42,260 bases of DNA from NCBI GenBank assembly GCA_034667685.1, contig JAXDQU010000101.1, positions 1-42,260 of the forward strand. The letters run 5' to 3'. Shown here one piece after another: positions 8,851 through 16,636 of the stretch. Under the pieces are notes generated by a model, which made no database searches, was not told where the DNA came from, and worked only from the letters and a program-made list of their open reading frames with translations. Within the stretch, counting starts at the first letter, position 1; every line of letters starts with the position of its first letter. A program made the position numbers and the translations under genes. The DNA is from Thermoplasmata archaeon. Its GTDB lineage: Archaea; Thermoplasmatota; SW-10-69-26; JACQPN01; JAJPHT01.

Positions 8851-10028
8851 GCGCGAAGAAGCGCGGCGTCACGGTGCTCGGCGCGGGCGTCACGAAGTTC
8901 GGAGAGCTCTGGGAGGACAGCTTCCGCGCGCTCATCGGCCAGGCGGGCCTCGCGGCCGTGAAGGACGCGGGCATCGCGGGCGAGGACATCGACTGCCTCT
9001 ACGTGGGCAGCATGTCCGCGGGCCGCTTCATCGGGCAGGAGCACGTGGGCGCGCTCGTCGTGGACGAGGCGGGCCTCGCGGACCACCGCATCCCGGCGAC
9101 GCGCGTCGAGGCCGCGGACGCCTCGGGCGCCGCCGCGCTGCGCATGGGCTACCTGGCGATCCTCTCGGGCGAGGCCGACGTGGTCGTGGTGGGCGGCGTC
9201 GAGAAGATGACCGACGTCATGGACCAGGAGCAGACCAACACGCTCGCCGCCGCGCTCGACCAGGAATGGGAGGCGTTCTACGGCGCGACTTACCCGGGCC
9301 TGCACGCCATCATGGCGCGCGAGCACATGGCGCGCTACGGCACGACGCGCGAGATGATGGCCGCGGTCGCGGTGAAGAACCACGAGCACGGGGCGCTCAA
9401 CAAGAAGGCCGCGTATCCGTTCGCGATCACGCAGGACCAGGTGCTCCGCAGCCCCATGGTCGCCGAGCCGCTGCGCATGCTCGACTGCGCGGCCAACGTC
9501 GACGGCGCCGCCGCGGTCGTGCTGGCCAGCGAGGAGTTCGCGCAGAGCGCCAGCGCCAAGCCGGTGCGCGTGCTCGCGAGCGCGCAGGCCTCCGACCGCT
9601 TCGCGCTGGCGGACCGGGCTGACATCACGAGCTTCGCCGCGACGCGCGCCGCCGCCGAGCAGGCGTACGCGAAGGCGGGCCTCACCGCGCGCGACGTGGA
9701 CGTCGCGGAGGTGCACGACGCCTTCACCATCGCCGAGATCATGGCGCTGGAGGACCTCGGCTTCTTCGAGAAGGGCGCCGGCGGCAAGGCGGCCGCCAAC
9801 GGCCTCACCGCGCTCCAGGGCGAGATGCCCGTCAACACGAGCGGCGGCCTCAAGGCGCGCGGCCACCCGCCCGGCGCCACCGGCCTCGCGCAGGTCGCCG
9901 AGATCGTCGCGCAGCTCCGCGGCGCGGCCGGCGAGCGCCAGGTGCGCGGCGCCGAGATCGGGCTCGCGCACAACGTGGGCGGCTCCGGCGCGACCGCCGT
10001 GGTCTCGATATTCGGGAGGATGGGTTGA
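8847..10028 (+). CDS. Archaeal acetoacetyl-CoA thiolase-like protein (SCP2-type) with non-canonical active site
   Basis: TKFGE, VGGVEKM, AVKNH, DGAAA, EVHDAFT, SGGLKARGHP, HNVGG; CxS motif reads EAADASG. Confidence 0.92.
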   Translation: MSAKKRGVTVLGAGVTKFGELWEDSFRALIGQAGLAAVKDAGIAGEDIDCLYVGSMSAGRFIGQEHVGALVVDEAGLADHRIPATRVEAADASGAAALRMGYLAILSGEADVVVVGGVEKMTDVMDQEQTNTLAAALDQEWEAFYGATYPGLHAIMAREHMARYGTTREMMAAVAVKNHEHGALNKKAAYPFAITQDQVLRSPMVAEPLRMLDCAANVDGAAAVVLASEEFAQSASAKPVRVLASAQASDRFALADRADITSFAATRAAAEQAYAKAGLTARDVDVAEVHDAFTIAEIMALEDLGFFEKGAGGKAAANGLTALQGEMPVNTSGGLKARGHPPGATGLAQVAEIVAQLRGAAGERQVRGAEIGLAHNVGGSGATAVVSIFGRMG

Positions 10029-10035
10029 GATGCCG

Positions 10036-10242
10036 TCCTTCGGCTCCGCCGGCTCCCGCATGCGACGACGCGACGACCGCGACGCGCGCGATGGGAATCT
10101 TGTGACCCCAGCGAGGACCCGAAAACCCGAAAACCGGGCGGGAATCTGCGTTCGGGTCCCGATCCACGCAATCGAGTCTCTCGTCGTCGCGAACGCCGCG
10201 CTCGTCGCGCCGTCCCATGCGGAGCGCGCCAGCCACGGAGGA
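10036..10242 (+). other. Structured (long hairpin) insert between thiolase and DUF35; also an open 72-codon frame at 10030-10248
   Basis: Stem 10057-10084/10194-10221 (24/28 pairs); inner stem 10115-10123/10151-10159; TCCTTC pairs with the GGAGGA SD. Confidence 0.6.
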
Positions 10243-10251
10243 ATCTGAGCC

Positions 10252-10656
10252 ATGCAGACGCCGAGATTCTGGCGCGAGATCGACGAGCGCTACGCGATGA
10301 AGGGCGTCAAGTGCGGCAACTGCGGGAGCATCCTCTTCCCGAGCCGCACGCTCTGCCCCAAGTGCCGACACGCCAGCTACGGCAAGCTCACGCCGTTCAA
10401 GCTCTCGGGGCGCGGCGTCGTCGAGCAGAGCACCGTCGTGCACACGCCGCCCGCCGGCTTCGAGCTGCAAGCGCCCTACCTGCTCGCGCTCGTGCGGCTG
10501 GAGGAAGGCCCGCGCGTCACGGCGCAGATCGTGGACGCCAAGCCCGATGCGGTCCCGGTCGGGACGCGCGTGCACGCCGTGTTCCGCCGCATCAACGAAG
10601 AGGGGGAGAGCGGCGTGATCCAGTACGGGTACAAGTTCGTGCCCGACCGAACCTAG
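10252..10656 (+). CDS. DUF35 Zn-ribbon/OB-fold protein (thiolase/HMGCS scaffold)
   Basis: CGNC...CPKC Zn ribbon; PY..ALV.LEEGP, FRRI...G.I.YGYKF; GGAGG SD. Confidence 0.93.
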   Translation: MQTPRFWREIDERYAMKGVKCGNCGSILFPSRTLCPKCRHASYGKLTPFKLSGRGVVEQSTVVHTPPAGFELQAPYLLALVRLEEGPRVTAQIVDAKPDAVPVGTRVHAVFRRINEEGESGVIQYGYKFVPDRT

Positions 10657-10666
10657 CCTCGGCGCG

Positions 10667-11899
10667 TCAAGCCTGCGGCCACCGGAACAAGCTGGACGTC
10701 GCGGTCGCGCCCGTCGTCGACGTCGCGACGAACCGGACGCGGTCACGCGCGTGCAGGTCGATGGCCATGGACCACGTGCCGTTCGGGTTCTGCGCGAGCG
10801 AGACGGGCGCGTTGTTGTTGATGCGGACCACGACCTTGACCACCGGCGCGTTCGCATCCACGCGCACCTCGACCCAATGCAACGTCGGGTTGACAGGCTG
10901 GAACGTCGCCGTGAACGCGGGCAGGGACCCGATCGCCGAGGCGACCTGCGCCCAGAACGACGCGCTGGTGCCCGCGCTCCAGAACCACCACGCGAGCGCG
11001 CCCGAGCCGCCCGCGTCCCCGACGGCCTTCAGCTCCTGGCCCACGATGTCCGAGCGGGCCGAGTAGGCTCCAAAGGCCTGGATCCAAGGCTGGACCTTCG
11101 CGCCGCCGTAGGCGGCCACGCCCTTCGCGGTCCAGTCGTGCACGGTCGCATAGGGCTGCGACTCCGCGCCAAGGTACGTGGGGTAGATGATCGGCCGCAG
11201 GACGTCGACGTTGGGCGCGAGCGCCGAGGCCTGCTGCCCGATCGCGACGTAGCCGGCCGCGTCGAGCGCCTGCGGGTAGATCGTGCTGGCCACCCGGACC
11301 CCGGCCGCCGCGGCTCGCGCCGCCGAGGCCGCGTCGCGCACCCACGTCGCGATCGTCGTGATGCGCGCGGTCATGTCCGCGTCGCCCAGATGCCCCCCGC
11401 TGCAGGGCAACGCCGCGCTCGCGGGAGCTTCGGCCGTCTCGGGGTAGCGCTCGTGGTCGAAGTCGATCTCGTCGATTCCTCTCGCCGCAAGCTGGCGCAC
11501 CTGCGCGACCTCGTAGGCGCGCACGTCGGCGCACGCGGGATCGACCCAAGGCCCGCCCGCGATCGCGCTGGCGGGGTAGAGGCCGGCGGCCACCGAATCC
11601 TCGAACACGTCGAAGCGCGCCGAGACGTGGAGCCCCTGGGCGTGCGCGTCGCGGACGACGAGCAGCACGCCTGGCGTCGCGTCCGCCCCGTCCGTCTTCG
11701 CGTCGACCGAGATCCACGCCATGCCCGCGCCGGTGGACGCGCCGATCGCGGCTTGCCGGTCGGGGTCTGAGCTGGCCCACCACGCGGGAAGGTCGGCGCC
11801 CCACGCGAGCGAGGCCCCCGCGGCGCCACCCACCGGCGCGGCCGCGAGGAGGGCGACCGCGACGAGGCTTGCCACGGAGAGAAGGGGGCGGATCGGCAT
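10667..11899 (-). CDS. Secreted putative glycoside hydrolase (DUF4015-like TIM barrel) with C-terminal beta-rich domain
   Basis: Signal peptide; ARFDVFED, WVDP, GIDEIDFDHERYP, PIIYP, VQPWIQAF. Confidence 0.75.
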   Translation of the reverse strand: MPIRPLLSVASLVAVALLAAAPVGGAAGASLAWGADLPAWWASSDPDRQAAIGASTGAGMAWISVDAKTDGADATPGVLLVVRDAHAQGLHVSARFDVFEDSVAAGLYPASAIAGGPWVDPACADVRAYEVAQVRQLAARGIDEIDFDHERYPETAEAPASAALPCSGGHLGDADMTARITTIATWVRDAASAARAAAAGVRVASTIYPQALDAAGYVAIGQQASALAPNVDVLRPIIYPTYLGAESQPYATVHDWTAKGVAAYGGAKVQPWIQAFGAYSARSDIVGQELKAVGDAGGSGALAWWFWSAGTSASFWAQVASAIGSLPAFTATFQPVNPTLHWVEVRVDANAPVVKVVVRINNNAPVSLAQNPNGTWSMAIDLHARDRVRFVATSTTGATATSSLFRWPQA

Positions 11900-11992
11900 C
11901 TCCAGCGTATGGGGCGTCCATGCGGATACCCATGCCGGACGAACATGGACGGCCACCGGGGCCGGCCCAGGGACGACGTCAGGCGCGCCGGT

Positions 11993-12241
11993 CTAATAGG
12001 GCGGCGGGCAGGGCTCGCCGCAGCCGCACTCGGGGCAGAGGAAGTAGATGCACTCGTTGCCATCGAACTTGCCGTTGAGGTTCTCGTCGACGCAGACGAG
12101 GCCGCCGCAGGTGGTGGTGCCGCCGTACATGGCCTTGGGGTCGACGCACGCGGGCGAGGGGCGCGCGGCGGCCATCTGCGAGACGCCCGCGACGAAACCG
12201 AGGGCGAGCGCGAGCGCGACGAGGACGAGGGTCCCGCGCAC
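11993..12241 (-). CDS. Small secreted Cys-rich protein (82 aa, 8 Cys) with EF-hand-type loop
   Basis: Signal peptide; DENLNGKFDGNE flanked by Cys; GTG immediately follows the histone-gene stop. Confidence 0.75.
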   Translation of the reverse strand: MRGTLVLVALALALGFVAGVSQMAAARPSPACVDPKAMYGGTTTCGGLVCVDENLNGKFDGNECIYFLCPECGCGEPCPPPY

Positions 12242-12481
12242 CTACATCATCCCCGGCGCGCCAGGCTCCTGGACGTCCTCGGCCTTCAGCGTGCTGCGCT
12301 TCGCGGCGGCGCAGTTCTTCGCGGCCTCCTGGCCCAGCTTGCGGAGGTACTCCTCCGCCTTGGCCTTGGCCGCCTCGATCGCCTCGGGGGCGACGCGCCA
12401 CTCGGAGCCGCTGGGGGGCGCTCCGGCGCGGGCCGTGCCTTCCTTCAGGAGCGCTTTCACGTGGGAGTCGGCGAGCGTCAT
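12242..12481 (-). CDS. Archaeal histone-fold protein, variant
   Basis: RVAPEA...EE...EAAK...AKRSTLKAEDV aligns without gaps to HMfB RVSDDA...GRKTIKAEDI. Confidence 0.85.
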   Translation of the reverse strand: MTLADSHVKALLKEGTARAGAPPSGSEWRVAPEAIEAAKAKAEEYLRKLGQEAAKNCAAAKRSTLKAEDVQEPGAPGMM

Positions 12482-12520
12482 TCGCCCGAAGCTATCGCGC
12501 CGGCAGGTTTCAGGCTTCTT

Positions 12521-12784
12521 CTACGTGACGGGGGGCGTCAGGGTCGCGTTTCCCGTCCCGGAGGGGGTCGCGTTGCCGGTCGCGTTCGTCGCGTTGCCGG
12601 TGGGGTTTCCCGCCTCGTTCCCTCCGGCAGAGGCGCTCTCCTGCACGGTCCGCTCGGGTGGCGAGGCGGCGTAGAGCGCCAGGAGCACGACGACGATGGC
12701 GAGCAGCGTCAGCCAGAAGCCCTTCCAGAAGGCCATCGGCAGCCGGCTCGTGCCGCGGGGGCTTGGCCGTTGTCGCGGCTTCAT
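12521..12784 (-). CDS. Small single-TM protein with NAT-repeat tail
   Basis: Basic N-terminus, one TM, then GNATNATGNAT...GNAT. Confidence 0.65.
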   Translation of the reverse strand: MKPRQRPSPRGTSRLPMAFWKGFWLTLLAIVVVLLALYAASPPERTVQESASAGGNEAGNPTGNATNATGNATPSGTGNATLTPPVT

Positions 12785-12805
12785 CGCTGGACTTGGCTCC
12801 GTGTA

Positions 12806-12883
12806 TCCAGCCACAGAGGACACGGAGGTCACAGAGGCGACGTTCTCTCGTCCTCTGTGACCTCCGTGTCCTCTGTGGCTGGA
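12806..12883. repeat. 78-nt CACAGAGG-repeat hairpin, second copy of the element at 1676-1753
   Basis: Perfect 32-bp inverted repeat at 12806-12837/12852-12883 with a 14-nt loop. Confidence 0.92.
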
Positions 12884-12895
12884 GAAGAACCGGTT

Positions 12896-13786
12896 TCAGC
12901 CTTGGAGCGAATCCCACGTGTCGGAGACGAGCATGTCGGTCCAGCCGAGGTCCGCATGCTTGCGCTCCGCCATGAGCCGGCGCATCGCCTCCGCGAACGC
13001 GACGTAGTCCGCGGGCGACTCGACCTCGGGGATCGGCGCGCCCAGCTCCTCGCCCACCTCGGGCGTCGCGCGGGGCGTGAGCGCCGGCCAGCGCGCGGGC
13101 GCCAGGACGTGCAGGACCTTGCTGGAGAACTGCACCGCGCCGACCTTACCGCCCAGGCGCTTCGCGCGCGCCTCGGTGCGCTCCAGCCGCGCGACGATCT
13201 CGGAGTCCGCCGCCTCGGCCGCGGGCGCGCCGTCGTGCCCCCACGCGAGGTCGAGCGCGGCGTCCTTCACCTCGTCGCTTCGCAGCAGGTCGGTCGCGAT
13301 CTGCTGGCGCGGCCACGCGGCGTTTCCCCCGTGGATGAGGATGCGCTTCTCGCGCAGCGCGGCCTCCAGCGCCGCCGGGTCGAACTTGCGGAAGACGAAG
13401 TCGCGCATCTCGTCCCAGTCCGCGAGGCCGTTGTACCCCTGGATGCGGCGATCGTCCACCGTCACGTCGAACATCTTCACGAGGCCGCGGTAGATCCCGC
13501 CCCGGCAGGTGGCGACGTCCTCCTCCTCGCTGTGGATCTTCCCGCGCCGGCCCATCGCGTCGTACGCGCCCCAGTACGCCGCCTCCGGCAGCTCGCCCGC
13601 CCGCACCCGCACGAGGTAGTCCGCGAAGCGCGCGTGGCACGCCCGGCGGAACGCATGGATCGTCGCGTCGACGTCGTGCGCCACCGGCCCACGGACGGGC
13701 GTCGCCGCGCCGGCCCGCGCGCTGCCGCAGAGCGGACAGACGGAGCGGAGGCGCTTGTGCTCGCAGAAGAGGGACGTCGAAGGCAT
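12896..13786 (-). CDS. Hypothetical protein with N-terminal CxH...CxxC Zn motif and helical C-terminal domain
   Basis: 296-aa ORF with host codon bias; CEHKRLRSVCPLCG; SKVLHVLAP motif. Confidence 0.75.
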   Translation of the reverse strand: MPSTSLFCEHKRLRSVCPLCGSARAGAATPVRGPVAHDVDATIHAFRRACHARFADYLVRVRAGELPEAAYWGAYDAMGRRGKIHSEEEDVATCRGGIYRGLVKMFDVTVDDRRIQGYNGLADWDEMRDFVFRKFDPAALEAALREKRILIHGGNAAWPRQQIATDLLRSDEVKDAALDLAWGHDGAPAAEAADSEIVARLERTEARAKRLGGKVGAVQFSSKVLHVLAPARWPALTPRATPEVGEELGAPIPEVESPADYVAFAEAMRRLMAERKHADLGWTDMLVSDTWDSLQG

Positions 13787-13835
13787 CGCTCGGGGGCCAA
13801 GAACCGCGCTAGGGCATAGCGATTGCCACCGGCCC

Positions 13836-15503
13836 TCATCGCGTTTCCAACGTCTCCGCGCCCCCGGAGAGGCGCCACAGCTCCTCGACGCGCGCGATGC
13901 CGTCGATCTCGGCGGGGGGCTTGTCGGTGCGCCAGCGCGCGATCCGGGGAAAGCGGAGCGCGAAGCCCGACTTGTGGCGCTTGCTCTTGGTCACGCTGTC
14001 GAACGCGACCTCCAGCACGATCTCGGGGCGCACGAGGTGGACGCTCGCGTAGCGCTCGGTGGTGAGCTGCTTGAGGAGCGCGGTCATGCGGCGGATCTCC
14101 TCGTCGGTGAGGCCCGTGTACGCCTTGCCGACGTTGACGAGCGATCCATCGTCGGCGCGCACCGCGAACGTGACGTCCGAGAGGAGGCCCGCGCGCTTGC
14201 CGTGGCCCAGCTCGGCGGCGGTGACGACGACGTCGAGCGTGGCGAAGGGGCGCTTCATCTTGAGCCACTGGTTGCCGCGCTTGCCGAAGTCGTAGGGCGA
14301 GTCGAGGCGCTTGAGCATCAGGCCCTCGTTGCCGCGGGCGCGCGCGTCCTCGAACATGGCCTCGACCTCGGCCTTGCTCGCGGCGCGGCGCACCGGCGAG
14401 GCGGAGAGCAGGCCCGCGAGGCCCAGCGACTCCAGCGCGGCGCGGCGCTCCGTCCACGGCTTGCGGTAGAGCGGCTCACCGTCCAGGAACATGATATCAT
14501 AGGCCACGAACCGCACCGGGATCGCGGCGCGCATCGCGGCCTCGACCTTCTTGCGTCCGAGCCGGCGCTGGAGCAGCGCGAAGGGCGCGACCCTGCCGTC
14601 GGCGCGCAGCGCGATCACCTCGCCGTCGAGCACGACCTCGTGCGGGAGCTTGCGCGCGGCCTCGACGATCTCGGGGAACTCGCCCGCCTCCTCCAGCGTG
14701 CGCGAGAAGAGCTCCGCGCGGCCTGGCGCCGCATGGAGCTGCGCGCGGATGCCGTCCAGCTTGTCCTCGATCGCGTAGGGCGCCGGGTCGTCGGGCGCCT
14801 CGTCGAGCGGGTTGGCGAGCATGAAGCCCAGCGGGTGGAACAGGCGGAACACGGCCTGGCCGAGCCGGCCCTCGCGCGCCTGGAGCGCGGTCTCGCCGAC
14901 GTCGCCCGAGATCATGTTGGCGAGCCGCACCGCGGCCACGTCGCGTCCGAACGCCTTGGCGATGGCCTCCTCCACGAGCGATTCGGCCAGGCCGATGCGC
15001 ATGCCGCCCGTCATGACCTTCGCGAAGTACTTCACCTCCAGCGCGCTCATGCGGCGCCACGCCTCCTCCAGCAGGCGCGGCTTGGCGGCGGGCGTCGCGG
15101 CGACGATGCGCGCGTACGTCTCGAAGACCTCGATCACGGTCGGCGCGGCCGACGTGCCGCTCTCGAAGAGCGTGCGCTGCGCGCCCTGCCGCTTGGGCGG
15201 ATAGGCGTCGACGAGCAGGCCGAGCGTCTCGCCCGTGTCGCCCACCGCGCGGTGGCATGCGCGCCACGTGAGCTCGTCCACGGGCAGCAGCGAGAGCGCG
15301 GCGCGCTCCAGGGCGCTCCATCCGACCTGCAGCACGCGGTCGTCCGCCCGCGCGAAGGGCGAGCCGGCGAGGAAGCGCGCGGCGTGCGGAAGGCTCTCGG
15401 GCTCGGCGCGCGCCAGGAGGGCGGCGACGAGGTCGCGCTTGGCGTGCGTGCCGCGCGTCGCGCCCACGGCCTCGGCGCATTGGGCCACGTCGAGGAACCT
15501 CAC
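13836..15503 (-). CDS. lig: ATP-dependent DNA ligase
   Basis: EDKLDG (adenylated Lys), LDGE, YDIM, EGLMLK, WLKMK, ALRFPR; GTG start overlaps the upstream TGA. Confidence 0.95.
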   Translation of the reverse strand: MRFLDVAQCAEAVGATRGTHAKRDLVAALLARAEPESLPHAARFLAGSPFARADDRVLQVGWSALERAALSLLPVDELTWRACHRAVGDTGETLGLLVDAYPPKRQGAQRTLFESGTSAAPTVIEVFETYARIVAATPAAKPRLLEEAWRRMSALEVKYFAKVMTGGMRIGLAESLVEEAIAKAFGRDVAAVRLANMISGDVGETALQAREGRLGQAVFRLFHPLGFMLANPLDEAPDDPAPYAIEDKLDGIRAQLHAAPGRAELFSRTLEEAGEFPEIVEAARKLPHEVVLDGEVIALRADGRVAPFALLQRRLGRKKVEAAMRAAIPVRFVAYDIMFLDGEPLYRKPWTERRAALESLGLAGLLSASPVRRAASKAEVEAMFEDARARGNEGLMLKRLDSPYDFGKRGNQWLKMKRPFATLDVVVTAAELGHGKRAGLLSDVTFAVRADDGSLVNVGKAYTGLTDEEIRRMTALLKQLTTERYASVHLVRPEIVLEVAFDSVTKSKRHKSGFALRFPRIARWRTDKPPAEIDGIARVEELWRLSGGAETLETR

Positions 15504-16483
15504 GACGCGCCCTCCGCCTCCTCCTCTTCGGTGTGGCCGACCGTGAGCGCGCTCGCGTCCAGGCCCTGCTTGCGCAGCAGGTGGCTGAGCACGTCGGCGT
15601 AGCCGTGGTTCGCGTAGACCTTCTTCGGCCGCACGCGCGCCACGATGTCCAGAAGCTCGGGGAAGTCCGCGTGGTCGGAGAGCGGCAGCAGGAGGTCGGC
15701 GTCCATCTGCGCGCGGGACTTTGATAGCATCGCCCAGCCCGAGCAGTACGCGAGGCGGTGGTCGAGCTTCGTCACCATCGGGTGCTCGCGGAAGCTGCCC
15801 GGCACGACGAGCGCCGCGCCCTCGACCTGGCCAGGCGCGTAGGGGCGCACGCCGGGGAAATGCACGCCCCAGCGCTCGTAGGCCTGGCACATGGTCCAGA
15901 CCGCGCCGTGCGCGACGGCGGGCACGCCGGCCCCCTGGAGGATCGCCAGGATCTCCTGGCTCTTGCCCAGCGCGTAGCCCAGGAAGACCGGCACCTCGCC
16001 CGCCGCGATCGTCTCACGCGCGAAGCGCGCGGCCGTCTCGCGCAGCGCGTGCGCGGGCGGGAAACGATAGATCGGAAGGCCGAACGTCGACTCCACGATG
16101 AGCGTGTCCGCCTCGGGGAACTCCGCGGGCGGCGTCGTCAGGCCCTCGCGCGCCTTCGTGTCGGCGGTGTAGAGCAGCCGCTCGCCGTCGGCCTCGACGA
16201 GCGTGCACGCGGAGCCGAGGATGTGCCCCGCCGGGACGAGCGTCACCTTCGCGCGCCCCACGCGCACCGGCTCGCGCCAGGGGATCTCGCGCACGCGCAG
16301 CAGCGGCGCGCGCAGGCGCACGAGGTCCGCCGTCTCGGGCGAGGCCCACGCGTCGCGCGCCTCCCAGGGGATGTGGTCGCCGTGCGCGTGGCTCACGAGG
16401 CTCTCGAAGCCGGGCGCGGACGTGTCGAGCGCGAGCTTGAGGTCGGGCAGCAGGACGCCGCGGCCTCGCGTCTCGACCTTCAT
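15500..16483 (-). CDS. Ligase-associated MBL-fold/beta-CASP exonuclease
   Basis: SHAHGDH, AGHILGS, ESTFGLP, YALGKSQ, LSDHADF; coupled to the ligase. Confidence 0.9.
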   Translation of the reverse strand: MKVETRGRGVLLPDLKLALDTSAPGFESLVSHAHGDHIPWEARDAWASPETADLVRLRAPLLRVREIPWREPVRVGRAKVTLVPAGHILGSACTLVEADGERLLYTADTKAREGLTTPPAEFPEADTLIVESTFGLPIYRFPPAHALRETAARFARETIAAGEVPVFLGYALGKSQEILAILQGAGVPAVAHGAVWTMCQAYERWGVHFPGVRPYAPGQVEGAALVVPGSFREHPMVTKLDHRLAYCSGWAMLSKSRAQMDADLLLPLSDHADFPELLDIVARVRPKKVYANHGYADVLSHLLRKQGLDASALTVGHTEEEEAEGAS

Positions 16484-16538
16484 CGTCCCCGCAAATATCG
16501 GCTCGGGCTTGAGTCCTCCCTCTTCTCGGGCCGACGTC

Positions 16539-16615
16539 AACACGAAGGCACGAAGCCACGAAGAGCACGAAGGTCCTGGAGCTTCGTGCTCTTCGTGGCT
16601 TCGTGCCTTCGTGTT
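16539..16615. repeat. CACGAAG-repeat hairpin, copy 2
   Basis: Perfect 34-bp inverted repeat at 16539-16572/16582-16615 with a 9-nt loop. Confidence 0.92.
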
Positions 16616-16636
16616 CCGGCGGCCGGGCTCGAACGA

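Noticed and set aside
10030-10248. 72-aa ORF as a conventional protein gene
   Set aside because: Weak codon bias and sequence dominated by an inverted repeat; reported as a structured element instead.
8331-10253. Long antisense or alternative-frame ORFs (e.g. 8331-10253, 11909-13819, 13755-15602, 24540-26849, 30849-33059, 33945-35669)
   Set aside because: Shadow ORFs expected at this GC content; Arg/Ala/Pro-rich and overlapping genes with clear family motifs.
11915-11951. CGTCCATG...CATGGACG inverted repeat upstream of the glycoside hydrolase
   Set aside because: Only 8 bp with a long spacer, single occurrence; could be chance.
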